A stretch of 63,603 nt of DNA, the filler included, from Octopus bimaculoides (Eukaryota): NCBI RefSeq assembly GCF_001194135.2. It is 7 parts of 4 records of this genome, joined end to end, with 100 filler letters (N's around TTAATTAATTAA, not from the genome) between each part and the next. Parts side by side here need not be neighbours in the genome. Positions count along the whole stretch, not along the records: positions 24,537 to 32,808 come from NC_068982.1; positions 32,909 to 45,005 come from NC_068982.1; 5 more parts are not named here. One strand, 5' to 3'. Below the pieces are notes generated by a model. That model was not told the DNA's origin and did not search any database. It saw only the letters and a list, made by a program, of their open reading frames with translations. How positions within the stretch are numbered: position 1 is the stretch's first letter; each line of letters starts with the position of its first letter. Positions 24,555 to 35,832 of this stretch are shown here, one piece after another. A program made the translations under genes and the position numbers.

Positions 24555-24745
24555 GTATGTATATTCGCCGTGATAGATCGCTAGCCACTACACGTTCTTT
24601 ATATTCTCTCCTAGTTTCTTTCTGTGGAAGAGCGTAGGCTCGAACGTTAAAGACTTTTTTACTTCCCGAGCGTTAAACTAATACATCTGTTTGTTGTCTA
24701 CACCACCTGTCTTCGTCTTTTGTGTTTTTTTGTAAATTCTCCCAA
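24555..24745 (+). mobile_element. Penelope-like terminal fragment
   Basis: gatagatcgctagccact...gaagagcgtaggctcgaacgtt...gcgttaaactaatacatctgtttgttgt, followed by (AT)n. Confidence 0.6.
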
Positions 24746-24792
24746 TATATATATATATATATACACACGCATAAATTTTTCTCTTATTGTAG

Positions 24793-24933
24793 ACACCTGG
24801 TCCTAATTCATATAAAACGGTTGATACATCACTGTACCTAAACAAACCTCCAGCTTATTCTATTCTCAAGAGAATCGAGCCTTTAACAAGTAACACGACA
24901 ATACCAGGACCCGCTGCACATTATGAAGAATTG
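24793..24933 (+). CDS. ODF3: Penultimate exon of an ODF3/SHIPPO-1 (CIMAP1)-like PG-repeat ciliary/flagellar protein
   Basis: ctcttattgtag|ACA...GAATTG|gtaagc; 141 nt, phase 0-0. Translates TPGPNSYKTVDTSLYLNKPPAYSILKRIEPLTSNTTIPGPAAHYEEL, collinear with the 47-aa ODF3 segment TPGPAAY..K.P.Y..R.EP....PGPGAH.PE (SHIPPO-type PGP repeats). Family call from recalled sequence; exact paralogue not resolved. Confidence 0.9.
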
Positions 24934-24963
24934 GTAAGCTATTCTCCTCTCTTACTCAATATT

Positions 24964-25165
24964 TTAACTCTTTAGAATTCAAACCGGCATAACCGACCGA
25001 AATATTCAACCCGTTTCACGTTCAAACTGGCCATATCCGACCTCTCACACCTATCCTACAATATCATTCTTAAAAACTACCACTTCATAAAACCTCAAAG
25101 CTACGAGATAATGAATGATTAACTCAGCACATTGTGAATTGATAAACATTTCCTTTGACAGAGTA
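24964..25165. mobile_element. Probable piggyBac-type MITE fragment (one end only)
   Basis: TTAA|ctctttagaattcaaaccggc... resembles a TTAA-CCCT terminus; the second TIR is not seen. The family call is from recall. Confidence 0.4.
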
Positions 25166-25531
25166 TTCTATCAAAAACAGTCGGTTTCACATCGTTCGCC
25201 TAACGATTGAAATGAGTAGAGAATGGCAATAAAGAACAGAGTGAGAATAGTGACTCCAGTGTCCTGGAAATATTTATCGCATACATTTACTTCTTTTATA
25301 TATTACAGCCACTGGACTGCGGTCATGCTGAGATAATGCCTTCAAAGCTTTAGTCGAACAAATGCACCCCTCCCCCATCGCATTTAATTTTTAAATGTGT
25401 GATGCTTGTTGCTGAACCGTTAAATTACAGGGACTTAAACAACACTATTATCAAGTGGCAGGGAAACAAATACATACGCAAAGTTATTCTTACATCTCTC
25501 TCTCTCTCTTTCTCTCTCTCACACACGCGCG

Positions 25532-25590
<59 letters not shown>

Positions 25591-25783
25591 NNNNNNNNNN
25601 NNNNNNNNNNNNNNNNNNNNNNNNNNNNNNNNNNNNNNNNNNNNNNNNNNNNNNNNNNNNNNNNNNNNNNNNNNNNNNNNNNNNNNNNNNNNNNNNNNNN
25701 NNNNNNNNNNNNNNNNNNNNNNNNNNNNNNNNNNNNNNNNNNNNNNNNNNNNNNNNNNNNNNNNNNNNNNNNNNNNNNNNNNN

Positions 25784-25838
<55 letters not shown>

Positions 25839-25844
25839 CTCGCG

Positions 25845-26045
25845 TGTTTTCGTTCGTACCCCACAAATACTTGCCAATCGGTCTTGGTTTGTTTATATCC
25901 CCTTAAACTTGCCATTCCGCTAAAATGATCGATAGAATATGTACCACACTTAAAAAACAATTGCTGGGGTAGATTTGTTCGATTAAACCATTCATTGTGG
26001 TACCCCAGTATGGTCGTAATCCAAAAACTGAAACAAGTAAGAAAT
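25845..26045 (+). mobile_element. SINE B 3' half in the ODF3-like intron (plus a minus-strand tail at 25290-25375)
   Basis: gatcgatagaatatgtacc...ggggtagatttgttcgattaaacc...aaaactgaaacaagtaag. Confidence 0.65.
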
Positions 26046-26897
26046 AAAGATATCAAATTTCGAAAAGATAATCTCAGTTATATGAAAGCTAGGCAAATAT
26101 GACTGAGTAAACTATTGCAGTTTCTGATTCATTTTGTCTCCTACAGAACCTGTTGCTTTGAAAACTATTTGAAGTCCTTATATGTACTGTAGAGGTTGTG
26201 ATGGGCTATTGAGGAGTGATCTATTTCAGTTCAATAGTTTAAAGGCGGGCTTAGAGAATACTTTGCATGCTCGAAACAATTCATCACTTTCTTTTGTTGG
26301 CAAAAAGACAAAGATTTAGGAAAGCCTTTTTTCCCCTGGAGTTTGGTGAGATATCTGACTATTCATTTTAAAAGGGCGAGTTCCAGGACTGCTGAATTCG
26401 ATGGGTTCACCTGCTATATTTTTGGATGTCATAGACACTAAACCATTGTATTACCGGATATTCTTGTGGGACTAGTTCATGAAGTGCAGACGGTGGAGCT
26501 TTAAGAGAAGCAATAATTCAATCGAATTATATCACAATATACACTAAAGTTCATTGCATTTCCTGTTCGCATAATTAGAGTGAACAACTTAAATGATTTT
26601 ACTGATACTTTTTGTTTTTTATTTCGATGAATCAACGATGTTGTTCCTATGCATTAACCTTGTTGCTTGACTAATTTTGGAGATGACTTCCTCTATCTTT
26701 GGTTATTGTACCCGTTTCACGTTTCACTATGTGGATTAGTCTATATTTAGATTAAGTAATTGCATTTATGGTTTTTATGTGTAATGTATGCTCGGCTCGT
26801 CACCCACAGTGTTTTCTATCCATAACCTGGTGCTCAATGTCAGTGCATCGCTAGTGATTACACTATATATTTGGACGTTGATATTTTTGTATGCCTT

Positions 26898-26972
26898 AGT
26901 GAGGTATTCATATTTTGTCGGCAGTGAGGTATTCATATTTTGTCGGCAGTGAGGTATTCATATTTTGTCGGC
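26898..26972 (+). repeat. 25-bp perfect tandem repeat x3
   Basis: agtgaggtattcatattttgtcggc x3. Confidence 0.95.
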
Positions 26973-27142
26973 AAATTTGAAATTCTACAGACTGAATGGA
27001 TATTTAATGTATGAATTTGGTTCCATAATTTTCTAATGTTAACATTTCTCCACTTTTTTAAAGTATCGATGAATATTATTTCAAGTTTTTCTAAGATTTT
27101 AAGCAATAATGGGTAATTACCGAACGAATGTTTTCATTATAT

Positions 27143-27198
27143 AGTGAGAAATTTCTAGAACCATATTTAAAGTGAGAAATTCCTAGAACCATATTTAA
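27143..27198 (+). repeat. 28-bp tandem duplication
   Basis: agtgagaaatt(t/c)ctagaaccatatttaa x2. Confidence 0.9.
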
Positions 27199-28207
27199 AG
27201 TGGTAATACTATTTGTTATTTTCCAAGTGATATATATTCTTTTATTATTTTACTGGTTTCAGTCATGGTATCACGGGCTTTCTAGACACGACACTTACAA
27301 TTATAATTCTTACTTCTAGGTTTTAAAAGTTACGTGATTTTGTATTTCTTCTATATACAATCTATACTCATTAAGTAGTAATTGTTAAAAAAAAGAAAAG
27401 AAATAATTTATGAAAAAGAAGAGGATAGAGTATCGATAAAAAATTATATTGGAGCAACAAGGGAAAATTCAAATCTAGATAAAGTTAAAACATATGACAT
27501 CTTTCTGTAACTTATATAGAGTTGGGTAGACTGAAACTGTGGAAGCTTGTCAGATTGACTAAGCATGTTTTAAACAGTAGATTCAAACTGTTGTCAAGTT
27601 TAACCCCTGGATTATGTGTGCATATAATACCGCCCATTCTGGAGCAAACATTCAGGTCTTCACTCCAGTGTGAAGGACTAATCGATAGCGACGCGCTGTT
27701 TCTTACTGAAGCAGCCTGTAAATTTTTCATTCACCAACCTAAGAGGCCCTACAAAATGTCATGGGCGCTGCTTTCTTTCCTCTGGTAAGGTTATGCTTCA
27801 GTTTCATGTGTGCAGTTAAAAGCAAAATGGTTGAAGGGAAAAAAATTCCAAACTTGCTATCTGTGTGTAGTGTTTCTTCAAATTTACTTCAGGCATCGGT
27901 CAGAAAGCATTTTCCTGCGAGTTATTCAGATGCCAGAAATAAGTGTTAAATTTTCTGTGGTTGCTGTCAGTTGTAGATTGTCAATCAAGCGATATGGAAT
28001 GTCAATGTCCCATTCGTAATCTACATTTAATTAGAAGTTCCCGTTTTGTCTTCTTTCTACATTCATATACTATGAAAATATTTTGAAAAGATTTTGTTTG
28101 TAAGCGGCATTGCATCAATTGCTTTGACACATACACATACACGTACACACACGTATGTATTGATTGTCCACGAATTATAAATGTAATGTTCCAATATATA
28201 TCAACAG

Positions 28208-28303
28208 CAATGGATGCAACCGAAGAAAAAGGCCGCTGCTTATTCCTTTGGAACCCGTCATTCACCATACGTTGCTCCAGTATTTACTGAATTTGACGAA
28301 TAA
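28208..28303 (+). CDS. ODF3: Terminal coding exon of the ODF3-like gene
   Basis: atatcaacag|CAA TGG ATG...GAC GAA TAA; phase 0, compatible with the previous exon. Encodes QWMQPKKKAAAYSFGTRHSPYVAPVFTEFDE*, matching the ODF3 C-terminal motif [AP]xxSFGx[KR]HSxYxxP. Confidence 0.9.
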   Translation, partial: QWMQPKKKAAAYSFGTRHSPYVAPVFTEFDE

Positions 28304-28304
28304 A
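28299..28304 (+). promoter_or_regulatory. Possible poly(A) signal AATAAA overlapping the ODF3-like stop codon
   Basis: gacgAATAAAattt: the TAA stop lies inside the hexamer. Confidence 0.35.
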
Positions 28305-29019
28305 ATTTCAATTAATCGTAAGTAAATTTTTTTCTTTGTCTCATTCGTCCCATTCTTTGTCTAACATTCATGCAAGCATTAATTCATTCATTCACTAACT
28401 CATTTATTCATTCATTAACTCATTCATTCATTCAGTAACTCTTTCATTAATTCTTATTATTTATTCGTCATCAATTTTCTGTTGCACCTACATTTCTCTA
28501 ATGAAACCGATATCCATTCAGCTAATTTTGGAAAGCAAATAATAAGCTCATAATGTTGAGGAATAGGAGAATATCAATATTTTCTAACATAGGCGCAAAC
28601 CCAGACTTTTGGGGGGAAGAAACAATCTATAGCGCTGATTCCCGTACTCGACTGCAACTTTATTTTACTGACTTCGGAAATATGAAAAGCAAAATTGACA
28701 TCGACAATATTTGAATTCCAAACGCAAAGAGAGCACAAACCGCAAAATATTTACTCCTAAAGCACTTACCAGGCAACCATGTTTTCAATTACATCACAGA
28801 ACACCTGTCAAAGATGGGTATAGTAACGGTTTGTAGCAAAAGCATTTAATCCGACTCTTTAATAGTTCTATTTATCTGCAAGCCTTTGCAATGAGAATAA
28901 TGTTGAAAGTTATGTCTGTGGCATTCTGATGTGGTACGAAGGTCATAATCATTTGTACAATATACTTCGTAGTTAATTCATAAATGTGGACTGTAGCTGT
29001 CATTATTGCAATGAAAGTA

Positions 29020-29800
29020 ATAATGGTTTCAAATTTTGGCACAAGGCCAGCAAATTCAGAGGAGGACGTAAGTCGATTATATTGACCGCAATGTTCTACT
29101 GGTGCTTATTTTATCGATCCTGAAGGGATAAGGCAAAGTCTACTCCGGCGATTTGAACTCAGAACGTAATGACAGATGAAATGACTCTAAGCATTTTGCC
29201 CGGCGTGTTAACGAATTGGCCAACTCGCCACCTTTACTGCGAGAGTAACAATCCTTTCTATTATAGGCGCAAGGCCTGAAATTTTGGGAGAAGGGGATAG
29301 CCGATTACATCGACCCCAGTGCTTGACTGGTACTTTTTCCATCGACTCCGAAAGGATGAAATGCAAAGTCGAAACTTGGTGAAATTTGAACTTTGAACGT
29401 AAAGATGGGCGAAATACAGTTAAGCATTTCCCGGCGTGCTAACAATTCTGCCAGCTCGCCGCCTATAACTACGAGAATAATAATGAAAATTATTTCTGTG
29501 ACACTCTTATGTGGTGCGAAGATCATGATAACTTGAATGGGTGCAGTATATACTTGGTAGCTAAGTCATCAATGTGGACTGTAGGTGTAAAGTGACGTAA
29601 TCAGGGAAATTTGGCACAATTCGTAATATTTGCTGGTATTTCGTCCGTTATTACGTTCTGAGTTCAAATTCCGCCGAGGTCGACTTTGCCTTTCGTCCTT
29701 TTGGGGTCCATTAAATAAGCACCAGTTAATCACTGGGATCGATGTAATCGACTTACACCCTTCCCCAAAATTGCTAGCCTTGTGCCAAAATTTGAAACCT
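29020..29800. mobile_element. Three SINE C copies: 29020-29232 (-), 29258-29465 (-), 29628-29800 (+)
   Basis: Each carries the gagttcaaatt/ccgaggtcgactttgcc and gtaccag...ggggtcgatgtaatcg blocks. Confidence 0.85.
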
Positions 29801-29823
29801 TTATTATTGTTATTATTTTTCAG

Positions 29824-29877
29824 CCGTCTTATTGCATGCTTTCACCGCCAAGCCAAGCGCAACATTGTGCACCTTAG
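29824..29877 (+). CDS. Candidate orphan exon
   Basis: ttattatttttcag|CCGTC...CCTTAG|gtatgt; 54 nt, GC-rich relative to flanks. Phase 1 reads VLLHAFTAKPSATLCTL; phase 2 reads RLIACFHRQAKRNIVHL. Confidence 0.4.
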   Translation, partial: PSYCMLSPPSQAQHCAP

Positions 29878-29942
29878 GTATGTATAGTACTTTGTTTTCG
29901 TTCTGAATTTTCTACTGCGTTGAAATAACTCTACATAATGCA

Positions 29943-30269
29943 TAGGTGAAGGCGTGTGGCTTAGTGGTTACGGTATTCGACTCAGGTTTGTAAGGTCGTG
30001 AGTTCAATTCTCGGCAGCGCGTTGTGTCCTTAAGCAAGACACTTTATTTCACGTTACTTCAGCCCACTGAACTGGCAAAAATGAGTAGTACCTATATCTC
30101 AAAGGGCCAGCCTTGTCACACTGTGTGTAGCACTAAATCTCTCTGAGAACTACATTAAGGGTACACGTGTCTGTGGAGTGCTTAACCACTTGCACATTAA
30201 TTTCACAAGCAGGCTGTTCCGTTGATCGGATCAACTGGAACATACGTCGTCGTAACCGACGGAGTGCCA
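29943..30269 (+). mobile_element. SINE family A, full length
   Basis: A-box-like tggcttagtggtt, B-box-like gagttcaattc, then tgtgtccttaagcaagacactt resembling the CORE consensus tgtgaccttgggcaagtcactt. Confidence 0.85.
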
Positions 30270-30279
30270 TAAGATAACA

Positions 30280-30720
30280 TAGCGTATCATTTTTGTAATA
30301 TCTGAAGTGTCTGGTAGTGTATATACTATGCATGTCTTTAGTTATTTATTTGTTTGAATATATTTTAAAATCATTTCCAAGCTATCTGTTACCATAAGAG
30401 TAGTTTCTGTTTTCACTCACTACATTTTGGTTATCTCTATAACTAGATTTTATATTTGAAAACATTTTCCAAGCCCTTTAGTGATGCATTAAAATCATTT
30501 AGAATTGTAACTTCGATTAGCAAGTAGTCCTTTCCTGGTTGTCCTTGAAAACTATATTCTGATAGCTTGACATGGGCTTGTAGTTTTCAGAGTTAGTCGT
30601 CTCTTTAATATTGAGGAGTGTTGTGGTTTTCTTTAGTATTGAGGGATTTGTTGGTTTGCTTTTCAGTGTATCCAGTCAGGTGATGTCCTCGCTTCCGTTT
30701 GTATCAACATGTCTCTTAGG
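30280..30720 (-). mobile_element. Degenerate RLE-domain LINE fragments
   Basis: On minus: ..IVFKDNQERT..LIEVTILNDFNASLK..KYK..IEITKM (PD-D/ExK RLE-like), plus a probable LINE 3' end at 30600-30720. Confidence 0.45.
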
Positions 30721-30957
30721 AACTTGAGATTCTAAGTTATATGTTTTAACCGTAAATTTAGGGTCTTATATATTCCTGGCACTTACCAGTTTTTATGTCG
30801 CTATGATGGCCCATAGCCAGATATATCGTTCGTTGTTTAGATGTGCGGTTTGCTGATTTAAACGGCTTCATTTGTTACGATTCATTCACTGATCATGTTC
30901 CTTCTCACAATTCTACAATGTCTTCATGCTGTTGGAGCTGCAATATTTCTATTTCAT

Positions 30958-31095
30958 TCAAATTCTGCTGAGGTCGACTTTGCCTTTCATTCTTTCGGGG
31001 TAGATAAATTAAGTACCAGTTGCGTACTGGGGTCGATCTAATTGACTGGACCCCTCCCCAAAAATTTCGGGGCTTGTGCCTAGAGTAGAAAAGAA
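30958..31095 (+). mobile_element. SINE C 3' part
   Basis: ttcaaattctgctgaggtcgactttgcc...ggggtcgatctaattgactgg...cctagagtagaaaagaat; near-identical to 6895-7025. Confidence 0.85.
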
Positions 31096-31500
31096 TATAT
31101 CTATTTTATTTTTACGTAGCTCTTTTGTCCAACAAAAAAAAAAAGAAGACAAATGAGAAATCCGTGACAGATTCTTTGTGATTAATCGAAAATTCTTGTT
31201 CTAAGCTACCTTTGATTTTGGATTCAATATATTTTTCGAAGCATTTGTCTCTTCTTTCTACAGTTGTGTCGTTTCGTCATTAATTTTTTTAAAGCTAAAG
31301 AAATTTATGTAAATTTTTAATCGTTTTCTGTATGTTTGCTTTCTATACTGTTTGTTTACATTTTGATATTTTTCTATTAGTAGATCTCAGAGAATTCAGA
31401 GTAACTTTTGCACCTAAAGATTTGCTACACATACATATATTATATTTAACTTAGTGATATTGACTTTTGCGTTAATCATTAGGCACTCTTTTGTACCCCC

Positions 31501-32529
31501 TAAAGATTACTATATCTGGTCTTCGTTGCTCTAACACCTGTCTGTCTGGAAGTCAAAGCCCCAGAGGATTTTTGCATTTCCCTTGTTGTTCATTACCTTT
31601 TCCGGTGTATGTTGGTACCAAGCACCCGTAACCTCATAACCATACTTACAGCGTAGCAGCCAGTGGAGGTTTTGGGCTACCTTGTCGTGTCTACGCTTGT
31701 ACTCTTTCTGCGCAAAACTTTCACGAGCACTAATAATATGAGTCATGCTTTCGGCCCTCTTCCCAAAAATTCTGCAGAGGTCCGTTGCATTTGTGTGGTA
31801 TATGTTCTTTTTCACTGAGTTGGTGTTCAATGCCTGGTCCTGGGCAGCGATAATTAAACTTACAGTATTCTTTTTTAGGCCACCCTTGTTGAGTCACCTC
31901 CATGATGCTTCCTGATCTCTTAATTTGTTGGTTTCACATTGGAACTGACCATGTAATTCCATACGGAGTAGGGTTTCTTCTCTCTCGTTGGCTGTTCTTG
32001 ATCGGAATTCATGAGCACTCTCAAGTTCATATTTGTTAACTCCTGCACTAGCAGCATACTGTAGCAGGTCTTGTTTGCTGTTTACCAAGTATTCTGTCAT
32101 GTATCTTCTTTCAATGTTGATGTACTCCCATGCACTAATCAGCCCACGTCTACCTTTACCTCACTTCATGTAGAGCCTGTGTACATTTGCCTTAGGGTGG
32201 AGGGGACTGTGCATTTTCATTGTCTTTTGGGTAGTACGATCGAGTTGGTCAATCTCCGCTTGTGTCCATTTCAGAACGGGTGCACCTATAGCGGGCAACA
32301 GCCCCTATGTTGATGGCTGTCATAAGGTTCCTTGAGTTGAAATTTGATTTCAAGAGAAGCTTGAAACGCTTGAAATATGCAGTGATGACCTTGTCTTTCA
32401 TTTCTTTGTACAAGATATTGTCCAGCTCTAGGATCCCAAGGTACTTGTACCCATCATCATCCAGGTCTTCCATTCTCTCTCCGTTTGGCAATTCTATGCC
32501 ACTACAATTTACTCTTTTTGCCCGCTTCA

Positions 32530-32532
<3 letters not shown>
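31501..32532 (-). mobile_element. R4/Dong-clade non-LTR retrotransposon relic (RT C-terminus, CCHC knuckle, RLE start)
   Basis: Frameshifted translation ...DDDGYKYLGILE...LHPKANVHRLY...GRRGL...LHGQF...AAQDQAL...CRIFGKRAESMTHIIS...YKRRHDKVAQNLHW...KILW.FQTDRVLEQRRPDIVI. The 5'-truncated end abuts (TAT)n at 32533. Confidence 0.9.
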
Positions 32533-32570
<38 letters not shown>

Positions 32571-33046
32571 TTTTAAAAAGATTGACGTAACTTTTCACGA
32601 AAGTAAATAGTCAAGACGAAGAGCGCGATTCGATTGTATAAATGTTTTATTCGTTGAACAATATTTCGACAGTACGTCTGTCTGTCAAGTTCAAAACAAA
32701 AGGTGATTAAAAATTCAAAATTTCAGAAACCTAAACGTTAACTATGAACGAGAGTAACCAGCGTCCATATGTTGATGGAATGACATCATCAGTTTTTAAG
32801 TTTTATAANNNNNNNNNNNNNNNNNNNNNNNNNNNNNNNNNNNNNNNNNNNNTTAATTAATTAANNNNNNNNNNNNNNNNNNNNNNNNNNNNNNNNNNNN
32901 NNNNNNNNTATATATATATATATATATATGAGTGTGTGTGTGTGTACACGCGCACGCACACACACACTTCTATAGCATGGAAGTGCACCTGAAAAAAGTG
33001 TTGCAAAGTAACAGTAATTATACGACGAGGCAGCAGCAGTAGCAGC

Positions 33047-33089
<43 letters not shown>

Positions 33090-33456
33090 ACTTCGTAACA
33101 GCAAGTGCTATCCTGTCACTTATTCAGTCAGTCACTACTGATTCATTCGCACAGAAAAAAAAAAAGAAAGACATTGAGATATTCTGTTGAACTGATTTCG
33201 TTTTAAATAAACAACTATCTTGTATATAAAAATACCCAGAGAACGTTGACCGCTATACTACTATAATGCATTATTATGATCACGTGCGCTGTGTTTCTCT
33301 TGGGAGCCTAGTTTCCAAGCACTCGCGCACAGCACACAATACAACACTAACGATGCACGTTTAGACATACATACACGCACATGCGTACACGTAAGCAGGC
33401 ACACGCACACTCTCACACTCAGACAGTGTGTCCTATATCTGTATTTCTGTATCTTT

Positions 33457-33554
<98 letters not shown>

Positions 33555-33569
33555 CTTTTTCTATCCACA

Positions 33570-33912
33570 GACGCAGGCGAAGGCTGTGTGGTAAGAAGTA
33601 TAATTCTGAACCACATGGTTCCGCGTTCAGTCCCACTGCGTGGCATTTTGGATAGGTGTCTTCTACTATACCCTCGGTCCGACCGAAGACTTCTGAATGA
33701 ATTTGGCAGACGGAAACTGAAAGAAGCCCGTCGTATATATACATACAATCGTTGTTGGTGTGTGTCTGCCCCTGTAACCAAGCGGTTCGGCAAAAGATAC
33801 AGATAAAGTACCAGGCTTAATAAAATATTTAAAAAAAGACAAGTACTAGAGTCAACTCATTCGACTAAGAATTTTTCAAGGCGGTGCCCCAGCATGGCTG
33901 CAGTATAATGAC
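33570..33912 (+). mobile_element. SINE B, full length
   Basis: ggctgtgtggtaagaag...gttcagtcccactgcgtggc...gacggaaactgaaagaagcccgtcg...ggcggtgccccagcatggctgcag. Confidence 0.85.
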
Positions 33913-34027
33913 TTTGTTTCCTCATATCTTTTAGAAAAAAATGGCTATTTTTTCTAATGGAGTTTTCTATAAATACCTTTCAGATGGTGTAGATTATGAT
34001 TATATGGAAATGTAATCGCTTATTTTT

Positions 34028-34260
34028 TTACTTGTTTCAATCATCTGATTGCAGCCATGCTGGAGCATCGCCTTGAAGAATGTTTAGTCGAATTAGTTGA
34101 CCCCACTACTTACTTTTTGCTAAGCCTCGTACTTATTTTATCGGTCTCTCTTGCTGAACCACTAGGTCACGGGGCGTAAACACACCAACACCGGTTGATG
34201 GGAGGACAAACATAGACACAAAGACACACACACGCACACACACCTATGTGTGTGTGTATA
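34028..34260 (-). mobile_element. SINE B 3' half, running into (AT)n and a gap
   Basis: cttgtttcaatcatctgattgcagccatgctggagcatcgcc...ggggcgtaaacacaccaacaccgg is the reverse complement of the family B 3' half. Confidence 0.8.
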
Positions 34261-34274
34261 TATATATGTGTGTG

Positions 34275-34309
<35 letters not shown>

Positions 34310-35135
34310 NNNNNNNNNNNNNNNNNNNNNNNNNNNNNNNNNNNNNNNNNNNNNNNNNNNNNNNNNNNNNNNNNNNNNNNNNNNNNNNNNNNNNNNNNNN
34401 NNNNNNNNNNNNNNNNNNNNNNNNNNNNNNNNNNNNNNNNNNNNNNNNNNNNNNNNNNNNNNNNNNNNNNNNNNNNNNNNNNNNNNNNNNNNNNNNNNNN
34501 NNNNNNNNNNNNNNNNNNNNNNNNNNNNNNNNNNNNNNNNNNNNNNNNNNNNNNNNNNNNNNNNNNNNNNNNNNNNNNNNNNNNNNNNNNNNNNNNNNNN
34601 NNNNNNNNNNNNNNNNNNNNNNNNNNNNNNNNNNNNNNNNNNNNNNNNNNNNNNNNNNNNNNNNNNNNNNNNNNNNNNNNNNNNNNNNNNNNNNNNNNNN
34701 NNNNNNNNNNNNNNNNNNNNNNNNNNNNNNNNNNNNNNNNNNNNNNNNATATATATATATATATATATAATAGGAATATGTTACAAAAACAAAATAGAAA
34801 CTATACATGGAACTGTAGGGGAAAGTAAGAAGAAAAATAAGCGAAAATGCATATTGGAAATCAAAAAATTAAAGGCTTTTTATGAAAAGTAACGATAGAT
34901 ATATACAATTAGATGAACTGAGGTAGGAATAAAAGTAATAAAAGTCATTATTGTGAATTGTTAAGGAGATTCAAAAGCATACCAGTTTCGTAATTCAAAA
35001 GCATACCGGTAAGTAGTTCTGGATTTGGTGCAATTAGGGTAGATATAGATCTATAATGTGAATGATGTATGGAATGTATGGGGGTTAGTGGTATTAATTG
35101 AAAGGTTAGTAGTGTTATGTATTAAGTTATGTGTT

Positions 35136-35480
35136 CATATTGAGTTGTGGAAGATATTTATTGATGAAAGTTGCCTCTATTCATTCTTTGTTGTATTGAA
35201 GTGTTCTGTGAACATTGATAGAAGGGAAAAATTAGGACTAAGATTCCTCGCACACCTTTCTGTGTGTCCACTGACCTGTATCTGTCTGTATCGTGGATGG
35301 TGGATTTGTTCTTTGTGGAGAGTGGTTCTTCAACGGAGTGATATTCCTGTTTGGCTAATATAATTATTACCACACCCTAAGCATGTAATGGCATAGAATA
35401 GATTTTCCGAGGCACAGGTGAAATTTGATTTAATCTTAAATATTTCACCTTCTTTAAAGTGGAACTCTGAACCCTCCAAA
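35136..35480 (-). mobile_element. Penelope-like element, GIY-YIG endonuclease relic
   Basis: On minus: FKIKSNFTCASENLFYAITCLGCGNYISQTGISLR*RTTLHKEQI...SGH..C...EATFINKYLPQLN, the PLE GIY-YIG (Uri) pattern. Confidence 0.8.
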
Positions 35481-35482
35481 AG

Positions 35483-35823
35483 GTGGGGGCAAGTACCACA
35501 TTTTTCTTGAGATCGAGTAGCCCATCCTGCTCAAAAGGGTTGTTTATGGATGTTGAACAAAACACCCATGTTTCCAAAGGTGAATTATCCAAAGCCCAAA
35601 GAATTCCTCTCAACACATAGAATTCCTCTATTATGCTCACCCACTACTTCTGCTCGTGATCATGATGCACATATCGTCAGCCACTAAGGGACATGCTCAG
35701 CTAGTTAAGGTCAAGCAAGAATATTGAGCAGAATATTTGCTGTCTTTTGTACCAAGACAAAACAATGTACATGATAACGCTTCCAATCAGTTGAGATCAG
35801 AAGCCATGAGAGCCACTGCCTGG
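35483..35823. mobile_element. Non-coding interspersed element ending in (TAT)n
   Basis: Ends agccatgagagccactgcctgg|tattattatt. Starts at aggtgggggcaagt, which overlaps the end of 43664-43840 (aggtggggcccagt), suggesting two halves of one family. Confidence 0.5.
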
Positions 35824-35832
35824 TATTATTAT

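Noticed and set aside
26100-26600. Coding-looking stretch in the ODF3 intron
   Set aside because: All frames are interrupted and no TE or host motif could be recognised with confidence.
27510-28010. Possible LINE RT relic (NPGVKLDNSLN)
   Set aside because: A single weak motif with no YADD or other supporting motif.
29943-30020. tRNA genes at SINE heads (families A, B, C)
   Set aside because: Only A/B-box-like motifs are present, continuing into SINE bodies; no full cloverleaf or anticodon arm is supported.
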